The position numbers and the translations under genes were made by a program. Source: Schmidtea polychroa (taxonomy: Eukaryota). Taken from it: a stretch of 33,534 nucleotides of DNA. The notes beneath the pieces were generated by a model that was not told the origin of the DNA, did no database searches, and was given only the letters and a program-made list of their open reading frames with translations. The stretch is taken from the NCBI GenBank assembly GCA_044892525.1, contig CM097885.1, positions 270,970,467 to 271,004,000 of the forward strand. The letters run 5' to 3'. Shown piece by piece: positions 12,301 through 24,292 of the stretch (the first letter of the stretch is position 1; every line of letters begins with the position of its first letter).

Positions 12301-12579
12301 TTTTCTTGCAGGTGCTCTGATATGACTTACAGAATTTTTCAATTTATTTTCACAATGGGGATATGTGAGGAAGTGGGCACCTATTCATCTATTCTAATAA
12401 AATTCTAGTAAATTTACATATATAAAATAAAAATTAATAAGAAATAATTTTGAAAATATGAAAGTAATATTTTGTATTTTAAAATCCAGCAATAACATTC
12501 TTTTTAATGAAATAATATAATATACAAGTTGTTTCACGATTTCTGCGGCATTGAACCGGAAGGTCTAGTAACCTAAGTA

Positions 12580-13437
12580 CAGTAAACCCTCCAACTGCGC
12601 GGTTTTTCATTGCGCGGTTTCGCAATTGCGCGGCCAAACCTTTAATACCAAAATTTCGATCTGCGCGCTAAAAATTTCGTAGCTGCGTGTTTTTTTTTGT
12701 TTTTGTCTATTTTAACAAGAAAAATCATGTCAATTTAATTTTTTATGGTGAATCCCGTAAAACTACGAATACATATGGTAGTGAAAATAGTGATTCATCG
12801 TATTTCGATGCACTGTATTTTTTATATAAAAATAATAAAGGCAGTTTCATTTTTCTAGTGATGTGGTTAGGATTAGGATGTAAAATTACATAGTTTTAAT
12901 TAATAGATATTTATACAAGTGTTTATTTAATTAAAAATATATTAGTATTAAATTCAAAAAAATCTTATTCGTGTGCATTAGATATAACCGTAATAAAAAA
13001 TTATTACATCAATTAAAGAGTAATAGAGAAAACAGAAAATGTGTTAAGCTTTTGGATTGAAGATCAAAATCAAAAGAGAATGCCACTTATGTTAATTTTT
13101 ATTTATGTTTAGTCGTTGAATTGAGACTGTTTTTTAGTTCTTGTATTGTTTTTTATAATTTTTATTTATGTTAAATTTTTATTAATTTTTATAATAGTAA
13201 TATTAATTATGTAAAAGCAATGAATTGAGACTGTTTTTATTAGTTTTTATGTTTATATAAATGTAAATATGTATATTAGTCGTTGAATAAAGACTTTTTA
13301 TTATATTTTTTAATATTTTTGTAATATCTGGAACCTAACCAAATTAATTACATATAAAATCGGGTTCACAGTGCGCGGTTTCGGTTTGCGCGTTGTTTTT
13401 GTGGAACGTATCTACCGCGCAGTTGGAGGGTTTACTG
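12580..13437 (+). mobile_element. pogo/Tigger-like (Tc1/mariner superfamily) non-autonomous DNA transposon / MITE
   Basis: Perfect 24-bp TIRs CAGTAAACCCTCCAACTGCGCGGT; TA target duplication (12578-9, 13438-9); subterminal TGCGCG motifs; internal remnant IEKTENVLSFWIEDQNQKRMPL (13023-13088) resembling the Tigger CENP-B-type HTH. Confidence 0.9.
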
Positions 13438-14053
13438 TACAACGATATTTCGGCCAAGTAATATAAATTTTTTATATTTAGATCTAGTTTTACAAACATT
13501 ATCATATAACAATTATTGTTTAAAAAAAGGTCATGAATGAAATAAAAAGATAAATATAATCTATTTAATAAATAAAGTTTTAAAACTGAATGTGTTTTTA
13601 TCATTTAATATCATTGATTTATTTTGAAAAAAATTATTGAAATTAAATTACTTTCTATAAATTTTTTGAAATTTTTAAATAATTTAACAAATTATTTTTA
13701 AATATTTAATTTAAAAATAAATATAAAATTTATGATTTGTTTTATTATTCGATTTAATTTTAAATTATTTTAAACTTAAATGATTTTATTATAAATTTTC
13801 GTGTATTTATAATGTTACATAATTTGAATTCATTTTTAATTTATTTTCATCTAGGTATTTAGAAGCAAATATGAGTTCAAATAATCCTAAAAGCTAAATA
13901 CTCAAATGGAATAGTGGAATTGAGTTGGTGTAGTCTTGATATTTGTAATTTATGATAATTTATGATGAAAGCAATCATGCAATGCCATTCACATTAATAA
14001 TAAATTTGATTATTGGATATCAGTAGGTAATATAATTGATGAATATAATAATG

Positions 14054-14080
14054 AATAATAATAATAATAATAATAATAAT
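14054..14080. repeat. (AAT)9 microsatellite
   Basis: Direct reading. Confidence 0.9.
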
Positions 14081-15009
14081 ATCACATAGGATTGATCATC
14101 ATTGAGATAATTAAAAAAAAAATAAATAAAAAAATGGCGTTATTTCCTTTATTTGAATTTAAAATTTCATCATTCAAATTATTTGTTAAATATTGATTTT
14201 TCTACTGGATTTGATGATCAGCTTATGTGTTATAGTTAATCCTTCACTCATTTGATCAACATAATAATATCTGGAGCTGGATATGATTGCCCTCATTGAC
14301 AATACTATCAAATAACTCAATAAAGGCGCATTGAGAGGCCAAATATTCTAGGGCAATAGATATCCGCACATAAGCCCGAGGGGGGGGGCTGCGTTCACGT
14401 GGCAAGTTGCGGTTCATATATTCCCTTTTTTGTTGAAGGGGCGTATTCACCATTTTACTTTCGAAGCCTTTCAAGATATTTTGATGGTTATTGCTATCAG
14501 AATGTTTATTAATTGGCATAAAAAGATTAGGATCATTATTAAAAGGACGACAATAGTTATTGTTGTGTGAGTAGTGGTCCTGATAGATAGATTTAGAGTT
14601 GATTCACTCATGTTCAGATCTTTTAGGTGGAGAAGCATTATGGCGTTTATCACTAGGAGATTAGAGATCAATCTGGCATATCGCCGAAGGGGAGATTAGT
14701 TCTCAACCTTATCTGAACTGTGGCTTTTATCTATTTTGGACTTCTGATGCTAGAGTTTAAAACTGCCGCGTCAAGCGAGATTTATCCGGAACGCTTCAGT
14801 CCGGCCGCGTATCGGGTAATCCTGGCAGTCTATGGCCTTCTTGAAACTCCGGACATTGGCTCATTCATTAGTTGGTTATCTAGAAGGTATATTATTTGGA
14901 GTAGGAATACTCCGTTTGTGATTTTTATAACGTTTATATCGATATCTTCATTATAATATCAATTAGATGGAGATAAAGATAGTTGAGGTTTTTCTTTTCC
15001 CGCACTTCG

Positions 15010-15330
15010 GCAAGGATGTTCATTACGTAGTTGCGTTTCTCCACTCGGCTCCACTGTCCTGATATGCAGTGGTTAATCACATGGCTTGCCGATTCTTTGT
15101 CGTTACGCTTTCTGCATTTGGTGCTTCCTAATCGCCCTCAGGAGTTTCAGTGCTCTGTTTATTGATTGAATCATTTGCTCATCGATTACCTCTGTGATTC
15201 CCAATCCTCCCTTCTCTCGTGGGGAGTATATCACTGAATCTGTACATTATTGCTTTCTTCTCTTTCCATCCTCCATCCATATGTTATCTTTTCCTGGGGC
15301 TGATTTCTGGCTTTTTATTTCGACTGGTCT
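15010..15330 (-). mobile_element. NeSL-like fragment E: mosaic of RT region 0 (KSAPGKDNI), GGLG thumb motif and CCHC knuckle
   Basis: 15010-15139 closely matches element A at about 22273-22400 (DNA level); translated motifs YSPREKGGLGITEVIDEQMIQSINRALKLL and KCRKRNDKESASHVINHC. Confidence 0.8.
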
Positions 15331-15394
15331 TTTTTTAGTTTATTTTTTTCTTGTACAGAAATTAAAAAGATACATAATTCAAATGCTATTGAAC

Positions 15395-15530
15395 AAAAAA
15401 AATTAAATTTAAAATAAAACAAACAAATAAAAAAAAAAAAAAATTAACAAAAAAAAAATAACAAAAAAAAATAAAAAAATAAAATAAAATAACAAACATA
15501 AAAATAAAACTAAAAATAAATAAATTAGTG
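15395..15530. repeat. A-rich low-complexity tract at the hAT truncation point
   Basis: Runs of A interrupted by T/C. Confidence 0.8.
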
Positions 15531-15549
15531 ATAATACCAAAAAATTTTA

Positions 15550-16707
15550 TAATATTTAAACTGTTGCATTCCAATTTATTCTTTATAGAATCTGCCATGT
15601 CAACTGAACGTTCACTATCTAGTGAATAAAAAGACAGCAGAACATTTTGTATACCTTTTTCTTTGGTAAAATATCGCAAGACTGTAGGAAATGTTTTAAC
15701 ATTTCCTTTATTCGAAGCATCGGTACTCACAGAAAATGGAATATCACCTTTCAACTGTTCTAAAATTCTTCTTTTCGATTCCGGGGCCAAAACATTACAA
15801 ATAATTTTGGATATTTTGGTTCCTCCACAGCTGTACTTTCTTGCTATATTTGAATCAGAAAACAAACCTGAAAATATTGAACCAGCACAATCACTAGATA
15901 AAAAGCTGTGTGAATGCATGATGGTATGATAGCAAAAAGCCACTTCTGCTGATGTAACAAGTTCTTCTTCTTTGCTGCTTTTTTACAGAATAACGTAGTC
16001 AATTTTTTTGAATTTGCTGATGCAGCTATGTTGGATCGATGACCAACCGTTTTAAAGTGTCTTTTAATATCATTTTCACCACCATGTGATATAGAAAATT
16101 TTAAATTATTACACTCTGTACGAGTAATGTGATGATCACCACATTGTCGAATCCATTCATATGACTTCGTCCATTTCGGATTAAACTTTACTGTATACTT
16201 CACTTTCTTTTTATATTTCCTCTGTTTTCGTCAGAATCAATGCATTCCAAATCCGAATCAGACATTTTTAGGCTATAATTAGTACGTCTTATTAAAAAAC
16301 GAAAACCATTACAAAATTCAATATTAATATATTGAGTTTTTGAAATTAATTTTAATTTTATTCAATATAAATTATATTTAGCTTCCTATCCTAATTGTAT
16401 GATTGTATCACTTAATTTATTTAATATTTTGTTCCAAACGACCATTTTTATTAATTTAGATTCTTAGAATACACAAATAAACAATAAGTAAATTTAGACA
16501 TCAGAACAATACTTATAGGCAAAACAAAATGTCAAAAAAAGTTCACTATTTTCACCCAATTGGCATTACTTCAAAATGTTAAGTGATGACAACTGCTGAA
16601 AAAACTTAATATACAAATCGGGAGTTTTTGGCATGTATATCGGGAGTCGGGAAATATACTTTCATAACGATAGACTCCCAACGAAATCGGGAGGTCTGGC
16701 AACCCGG
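15550..16707 (-). mobile_element. 3'-truncated, frameshifted hAT-superfamily transposon (BED-like finger plus start of catalytic domain)
   Basis: ORFs 15844-16203 (FSISHGGENDIKRHFKTVGH) and 15386-15943 (HSFLSSDC...CGGTK...NVLAP...FSVSTDASNKGNVKTFPTVLRYF); terminus CCGGGTTGCCAGACCTCCCGATTT at about 16684-16707 with ATCGGGAG subterminal repeats; second TIR absent. Confidence 0.8.
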
Positions 16708-16720
16708 ACTTACATGAACA

Positions 16721-19700
16721 TACATTTTTAACTTTTAAAAAATACAAATAATATTTTTAAAGACATTTATTAAAATCCCTGAGAAATTCGAGCACTGCTA
16801 ACTCTCCAAATTGGTGATATGACATCTTTCTCATCCATTTTATATCCGATAACCAATTCTGTGATGAACAAGATTGATAACCACATTTCCGACAAAGGAA
16901 CAATAAATGCTTTTCAATTTATACATGGTAATATAAGCAGCAGCAATGTTCAGAATTTTGCAAGCAAAGGAAAGGAGGATTACAAAAATCCGTTTAAATT
17001 GGAATATTATTTTAAAATTACAATTAGAAATAATAAAAAATATAAATAAAACGACAAATTCTTTCTTGTTTGGATTGGTATTTCCTTATCCAAATTAATA
17101 TAATTTTGTTAAATTATCTAGAAATTTCATTTGATATTAAATTATGAAGGATTGTTGTGTAATCTGATAACATATCCGGTTCCTATTTTATATGGATGCA
17201 TTTACTTTCTAATTTTCTGTGATAAATTTAATGTTTCAACTATTTATTAAATCTTAATTTTTATTATTAATGAATCTTGAAATAATTGGATATTTGACCT
17301 TCCATTTTAAAAAAAAATATTAAATTTTAAAAATTGTTTTAACTTTTATTTCTAAATATTTTTATTGATATTTTTAAATTTGATTTGTTTTTTGTATATT
17401 TTTAATTATTTTTAATAATAAATTAATTTTTATCATTTAAAATTTCTTATGATATTTTTTTTATTTATTGCAATAATATTATACACACTAGTAGGGTATT
17501 GTGTGGACCCGGGAACAAAGACATATGACGTCATCGATGACGTCACAAAGACATATGACGTCATACCCCCCGGGGGAGGGTTTTTTTTTTAAAAATTAAA
17601 AAAAAATTTTTTTTTAAATTTTTTTTTAAAAAATTTTTTTAAAAAATTTATATTACGTTGCGGTATTTTAAAATTTATATTACGTTGCGGTATTTTAAAA
17701 TTATATTACGTTGCGGTATTTTAAAATTTATATTATTTTAATATTTTTTAATATTTTCGATATTTTTTAATATTTTCGATATTTTTTTAAAATTTTAAAT
17801 TATTTTTCAATTCAATATTTTACTTTTTTAAATAAATAATAAATTTTTAAAATTGTATATATATATCCGATATTTTATTTGGTTGGATTTCATGTTTATT
17901 TTTGAAATCAATATTTTGATGAAAATATTTTTAAATTCAATATTTAAACTTCCAATTTTTCAATAAATATTGTGTTTTTAAAATTGTTTCCATTTTTATT
18001 TCTAAAAACTTTTATATCTTATTCAATAGATATTCTTATATTTTATTTGTTTTTTGTATATTTTTGTATATTTTTATTATTAAAATCATTTATAAAAATC
18101 CCTGGGAAAATCGAGCACTATCTACTCTCCAAATTGGTGATATGACATCTTTCTCATCCATTTGATATCCAATAACAAATTCTAAGATGAACAAAATTGA
18201 TAAACAAATTTCCAAAAAAGAAACAATGAACGCATTTTGTTATAAATGGTAATATAAGCAGCAACGATAATCAAAATTTTGGAAGCAAAGTAAAGGAAGA
18301 TTACAAAAAACCGTTTAAATTTGACAATAATTTGAAAAATACAGATGGAAATAATAAATTTTCATTTGATTTTGATAAAATTGGCAAGAGTCGTTACGAA
18401 AACAATAAAATTTTATCAACAAAATATTTTGACGAAAATCAACCTTTGAAAGCGAATTTTATTAAAGAACAATTAAATGATAAAAAATATATTTTATATA
18501 AAACCTCAAAAACATAAAGAAAAAAATAAAAACCTCTGCAAACCTTTCCCAGATTAAAAATACCAAAAACAAAATTTCAAAAGAAAATATGAACGCATTG
18601 GCCGCCAAAGCCAGAGAGATTTCATCTACCAAACAACCAGAAACTGAGCACTCAACAATCATAGAATTCAAAAAGTTCAAACTCTTCATTCAAGAATAAT
18701 AGAATTAGACAAAGTGATACACAATATGTCAAATCTTCAAGAAAATATCCAAGACAAATTTATATATCAAGAAAAAAGCCTGGAAATAATGTTAAATGTG
18801 GATAGAAACTGGAATTTTAATATTGAAAATACAAGAAAAATTTCAAAGAATAATAAAATATTTCAAGAAAACAATAAAAATTTTAACATAAAATTAAATT
18901 TTCAAATAAATATCCATGAAAATTTAAATATTATGTACTGTTGCACTGATAATAAATCCAAAACTATCCCTGATTCTTGGAAAAATAATATAATTTAATG
19001 ATTTAATTTTTTTAATTTTTTTATTTATTTTTAATTATATATAAGTTATTGATTAAACTGTAAATTATTTATTTTACTATTAATTGGCATTTAGTTATCG
19101 TTGTTTTTCATCTTGGATGCTGGTGGAAAGTTATTTAGGGCTTTTTCCAATTTCATTTGGACGAGGTTCTGAATTGTTCTGAATTTCGAATTTTTCATTG
19201 TTTTAAAATTCTTTTTCATTGAATTAGTTAAACTAAAAAAATGTATTTATATAACTGTTAGAGTTATTATAAATCTGTTGGTACTTCAATATTTTTTGTT
19301 AAAATATATTTGAAATTTTAATATATTTTTTATCTTTAAAATCATATTCTGATATAATTTTCTTTAAAGTTTGATATTTTAGATATATTTTTCATAAATA
19401 TAATTGTAACATTCTAATTGTTTATTATCATCTTGATCTAAAATTTCAATATTATTATTATAATTAAATGTTTTTTTTTAAATTTGGATTAAAATATTTT
19501 TAAATTCGATATTTGACCTTCCATTTTCAAAAAAAATAATTAAATTTTAAAAATTGTTTTAACTTTTATTTCTAAATATTTTTATTGATATTTTTAAATT
19601 TAAATTTTTTTTGTATATTTTCAATTATTTTTAATAATAAATTAATTTTTATCATTTAAATTTTCTTATGATATTTTTTTTATTTATATCAATAATATTT

Positions 19701-21230
19701 TACACACTTACATTTTTAACTTTAAAAAAATACAAATAATTCAACTATAATTAAATAAACCTATTCTGCCAAAAAAGATTTTTTTTAATTTTATATTTGA
19801 ACTTCCAAATTTCAAATAAATATTGAATTTTTAAAATTGTTTACATTTTTATTTCTAAAAATGCTTATTTTATTCAATAGATATTTTTATATTTTATTTC
19901 TAATAAAAGACCCATATCCTCTAACTTTGAGATATTTTCTGTGATAAATTTAATATTTCAAAAATTAATTTAATCTTGATTTTTATTATTAATGAATCTT
20001 GAAATAATTAAATCATACTCAAAACATTAAAAATTAAAACTGCAATAAAAACGATAATTTAAACGACAAATTTATCGTTTTTATAACATTCACTATTTTT
20101 TATCATTTTTGACAGATTTTTACAAATTTCTTCTTATAATATTCTATTTCTATATATGTTTTTGATAATCTGGTATTTTCATGGAATAGAAATATATTTA
20201 TATCATTAGATTTGACATTATTGTCAAAGTTTAATGGTTTTATGGGAGTCTCTGAATTTTTGATTTCATTTTTTTGGGCAGAGTTGCTGCGTTTTTCATT
20301 ATTGGATCTTGGTTTTTTGGCATTGTTATTGCTTCCCTGAATATTATCTGGATTCGTTTTTTGTTTTTAATTGAATAAGTAACATTTTAAAAATTATTAT
20401 TCAATTATCATTCAGAGTTTTTATTATTTTCTGTTGATAGTTCAATATTCTTTGGTAACATATTTCTTTTAAATTTAAAGATTTTTTATCTTTAAAATTA
20501 TATTTTAATATATATTTCTTTAAAGTTTAAATGTTTAGATATATTTTTAATGTTATATATAATTTTTAAGCATTTGTAGTTTAATCATTTATTTTTTATC
20601 AAAATTCTTATATAAATTTTTAGATAAATTTTCTATAAATATAATTTTTACATTCTAGTTTTTTTAATATCATCTTGATCTAAATTTTCAATAAAATTAT
20701 AAATATTAAATGGTATTGTTTTAATATTTTCGATATTTTTTTAAACCTTTCCCAGATAAAAAATACTAAAAACAAAACTTCAATTTGAAAATTACAGATG
20801 GAAATAATAAAAGTGATACACAATATGTCAAATCTTCAAGAAAATATCCAAGACAAATTTATATATCAAGAAAAAAGCCTGGAAATAATGTTAAATGTGG
20901 ATAGAAACTGGAATTTTAATATTGAAAATACAAGAAAAATTTCAAAGAATAATAAAATATTTCAAGAAAACAATAAAAATTTTAACATAAAATTAAATTT
21001 TCAAATAAATATCCATGAAAATTTAAATATTAAAAATACAAAAAATAATAAAAATAATCCAAGAAATTTTAAAAGTAATAATAAAAATCATTTAAAAAAT
21101 TTAAAATCAATTAAAAATAATTTTAAACCAATAGAAAAATTACAAAAAGAAATAAATTCAGAATTAAGCTCAATTAAAAATTACAAAAATCTTAGATAAG
21201 TCAGCAAACATTTCCCAGATGAGGAACATG
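16721..21230. repeat. Patchwork of AT-rich direct and inverted segmental duplications with N/K-rich ORF remnants
   Basis: 16770-17050 ~ 18090-18350; 17290-17489 ~ 19500-19709; 18710-18930 ~ 20810-21030; 19310-19500 ~ 20480-20710; 20220-20250 is an inverted match to about 18305-18335. Confidence 0.8.
17490..17726 (+). mobile_element. Putative Polinton/Maverick-like (or other linear DNA virus-like) terminus
   Basis: Begins AGTAG exactly where the paralogous copy at 19709 continues without it; three TGACGTCA motifs, a perfect 20-bp palindrome (17526-17545), CCCCCCGGGGG, and 27-bp repeats x3. Confidence 0.45.
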
Positions 21231-21246
21231 AGCATGAGGTGTCAGA
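21231..21246 (+). rRNA. 16-nt 28S rRNA stub (AGCATGAGGTGTCAGA), putative left half of the target site
   Basis: Matches conserved 28S AGCARGAGGTGTCAGA(AAAG); abuts the 3' end of element D. Confidence 0.6.
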
Positions 21247-21541
21247 GTCAAAATTTATTAATAAAAACAATTAAATCATCACAGGGATGAGGTAGTGAAC
21301 CTTTTGTTGTCAAAAAAGGTAGTTTATCTGGCTGCGTAAGTGAACTAGTCACTAAGATTCTGAAACATCTAGGTTATAAAACCTATGTGCTGGTCGTATG
21401 TGCTACATGATTCTTTAATTACAGCTTTTATCATCTTTTCTTTCTTATTTTTTGGCATTATCTTCATATTTAATTTGCAGTTTTCTGAAGATTTCTGTAT
21501 TTAGTTTATCCCATGTTTCGAGAGAGCATACTACGAAGGGC
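21246..21541 (-). mobile_element. NeSL-like element D: severely 5'-truncated (RLE C-terminus plus 3' UTR)
   Basis: PFVVCSLETWDKLNTEIFRKLQINMKIMPKNKKEKMIKAVIKESCSTYDQHIGFIT* (stop 21369-71), homologous to the C-termini of A and B; shares a 17-nt 3' motif with A. Confidence 0.8.
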
Positions 21542-21579
21542 ACATTTTATTACAATAAAATACATGGATATAATAAGAA

Positions 21580-24213
21580 AGTCAAAATTTATTAATGAAA
21601 AAATATCGACATAATAAATATGCCAGGCCAAATACAGTAGGCAAGCTGCTGTATGGATTATTCAATCTTCGTGAGTGCTCTGTTTTTGGGATGCTGGCAC
21701 TATCATCCAATTTCTTTTAACTTGGGTTATTGATAGAAGCCTCTCTGGTTCTTATATAACCTCTCAGTATTGAATCCTGAGTAGGTGGGCATAATTTCAT
21801 ACAAAGTGGTCTTTTAGATGAGTCCACAATTCATCGGCATTTCTTTCTCCTTGATTATTTCTTATCCATTGTTGAAGTTTCTGTGCTGGGCATAAGATTT
21901 TCTTGATCCATGTATTACTGATTCTATCATCTTGGCTCTCATTTCCTTAGTCTCTTCATATTTTATACCAAGTTGTCGTATTATTTCGTTATTCCTTGTA
22001 TCCCAAGTTCCCAATGAACAAATTACAAAGATGAATACATTGGTCTGGAGGGTAGTTTTCGCTTGTATTTCTTTTGCAATGTCTCGGTATTTTTCAATGT
22101 TCTTGGTACGGGCACTTTCAATTGCTGTTTCTTCGTCAAATGGGCATTTGATGTCAATGACCATTATTTTATCTTTCATTCGTACCACAATATCCGGTCT
22201 TAGGCTTTCATTTATCTCCTTTGGTACGGAGTCTTTTTCAAAATTGATGTTTTTCTTTTTTAGTAATTTTGCGAGGATGTTCATTACTTGATTATGCTTT
22301 TCCACACGGCTCCATTGTCTGATATGCAGTGGTTGATCACATGACTGGCCGATTCTTTATCATTACACTTTCTGCATTTGGTGCTTCCTAATCGCCCTCC
22401 CTGGTTGGCCTGCTTCATGTTCACACCCAGCATGAAGGAATCTCCAATCTGCATCTGCCAATCCTTTCGGCATCTTCCATTCCATATAATTTGATGTTTT
22501 GGCACTTCTGTTTCCTCCACTCATCAAAGAATGCCTCTCTCATCATCCAGTGAAGAGTTTCTACTTTATTTTGTGTTCTGCAGTTTATTCTGCATGTTAG
22601 TGTAGTATCATTTAGCAATAATCTCATAGTTATGCCGTGCTTTTTCTGGATTGATTGAAAAGCTTCTCTCACTCGTGTTATCCATGTTGTCTTTGCATTG
22701 GTGTTTTTCTTGTTTTTTATTGAGCCATCCAGTCATTTCAGGGCATCTTCCAATTCCTCGATTTTACTTTCAGATCTTAAGCTCGCAACTTGGATGAGCT
22801 CCTCATGAAATATCAGTCTGATTGCTCTGTGGTTACTTGTCAGGAGTTTCTTTTATAAAGTAAGCGTCTAATATATTTTTTGGAAGGTCTGCTGGAGCTG
22901 ACTCATTTTTATCGATTTCCTTTATTGCTCTTTTTGGAGCTATTGCAAATAATCTCTGTATTTGGTAAGAGCATTTGGAGATGTTGATCTTTCCACCTCT
23001 TTTGCTCTTTTGCTTAGGAGTTGTTTCATTGTATTTGTCTGTGAACCATTGAAGTACTGAGTCTATGTCGATCTGCAGTAGCTTCAATTTGAGAAGTAGT
23101 TCATCCATTTCTTTATTGTAGTTCTTTGGTTTGTTCTTTTTGATATCTTTTAATTCTTCCATAATCTGTTTTCCGATTATGTTCCTCATTTTAATTGAGT
23201 CAGGAGTCTGATAATTCAATCTTTTAGGATCATTTACAAAGTCCTCTATGAATTGTAGGGCATATACTCCACAATCATAGTCGTTTGATTGTTGAGGAAT
23301 TAATCTGTTTTCGAGTGTTTTGAAGATAATTCTTTCTTCCACTGTATTTTCCAGGAATTTATCTAGCCTGTCTTTGACTGTCTGAGTCCAAGATAATCGA
23401 GGTTTTATCCTCGTAGTTAGCCAGGTAGACAATCCAATGGCAGTTGTTCCAGTGTATAATCCAGACTATTTGTTCCATCCAATCAGGGATTCTATCTTCA
23501 TTTCATTATGAAATGATCTCAAGTTTCGGTTAATAAGCAGGTTTGCCAGTCTTGGTTCGATATATTTGATGCTCTTATTTTGAGATTGATTCTGTTCTAG
23601 GAGATTTCTGGGGTAAGTTTCCATTGCAGCCAGTGATAGTGAGCTGTTCTGAGATGGAATGTCATTGTGATCTGATTTTGTTGATCCAATTTGATTGTAT
23701 TTTTTATCACTATCTGTGTGGATTTTTACGTGGTCTTTACATTCCTTTCCCTTGAACGGTTTCTCACACTGTACACATTTGACTGATCTGCTGGTATTTT
23801 CTGGGAATACATGCTTTAGTCTGGCATGATTCCAAGCGTCTGGATAGTCTTTATAAGTTATCTGATTTCCCATACAATGGTTACATTCAACTTTGTATTC
23901 GTTATTCAGAGTAAAGTCGAATTCTGGTGCTGGTTTATTTGGATCAATTGGTCCTCCTCCTCCTGTCAGTTTCAATTTGCTTCTTGGAGTAGACAGAGAT
24001 TGTGTTTGTCTTCTTTTACTAATAGATTGCTCCTCAGTTGATGATTTAGTTCTATCTCTTTTCGTTGTTTTTGGGTTTTTATCGTTTGTTGGCTCTTTAA
24101 TTTAAGATTCCGTAGACTGGTGCATTATCTTCTTTAATAATCTTTTTTGTAGTATGATTATTTTCCAGTTTTTCTTGTACAACATTTATTGGAGTTTCTT
24201 TGATTGTTTGAGA

Positions 24214-24292
<79 letters not shown>

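Noticed and set aside
14230-14960. Coding-like minus-strand region resembling ORF1 of C in composition
   Set aside because: Multiple stops and no alignable motif; similarity is compositional only.
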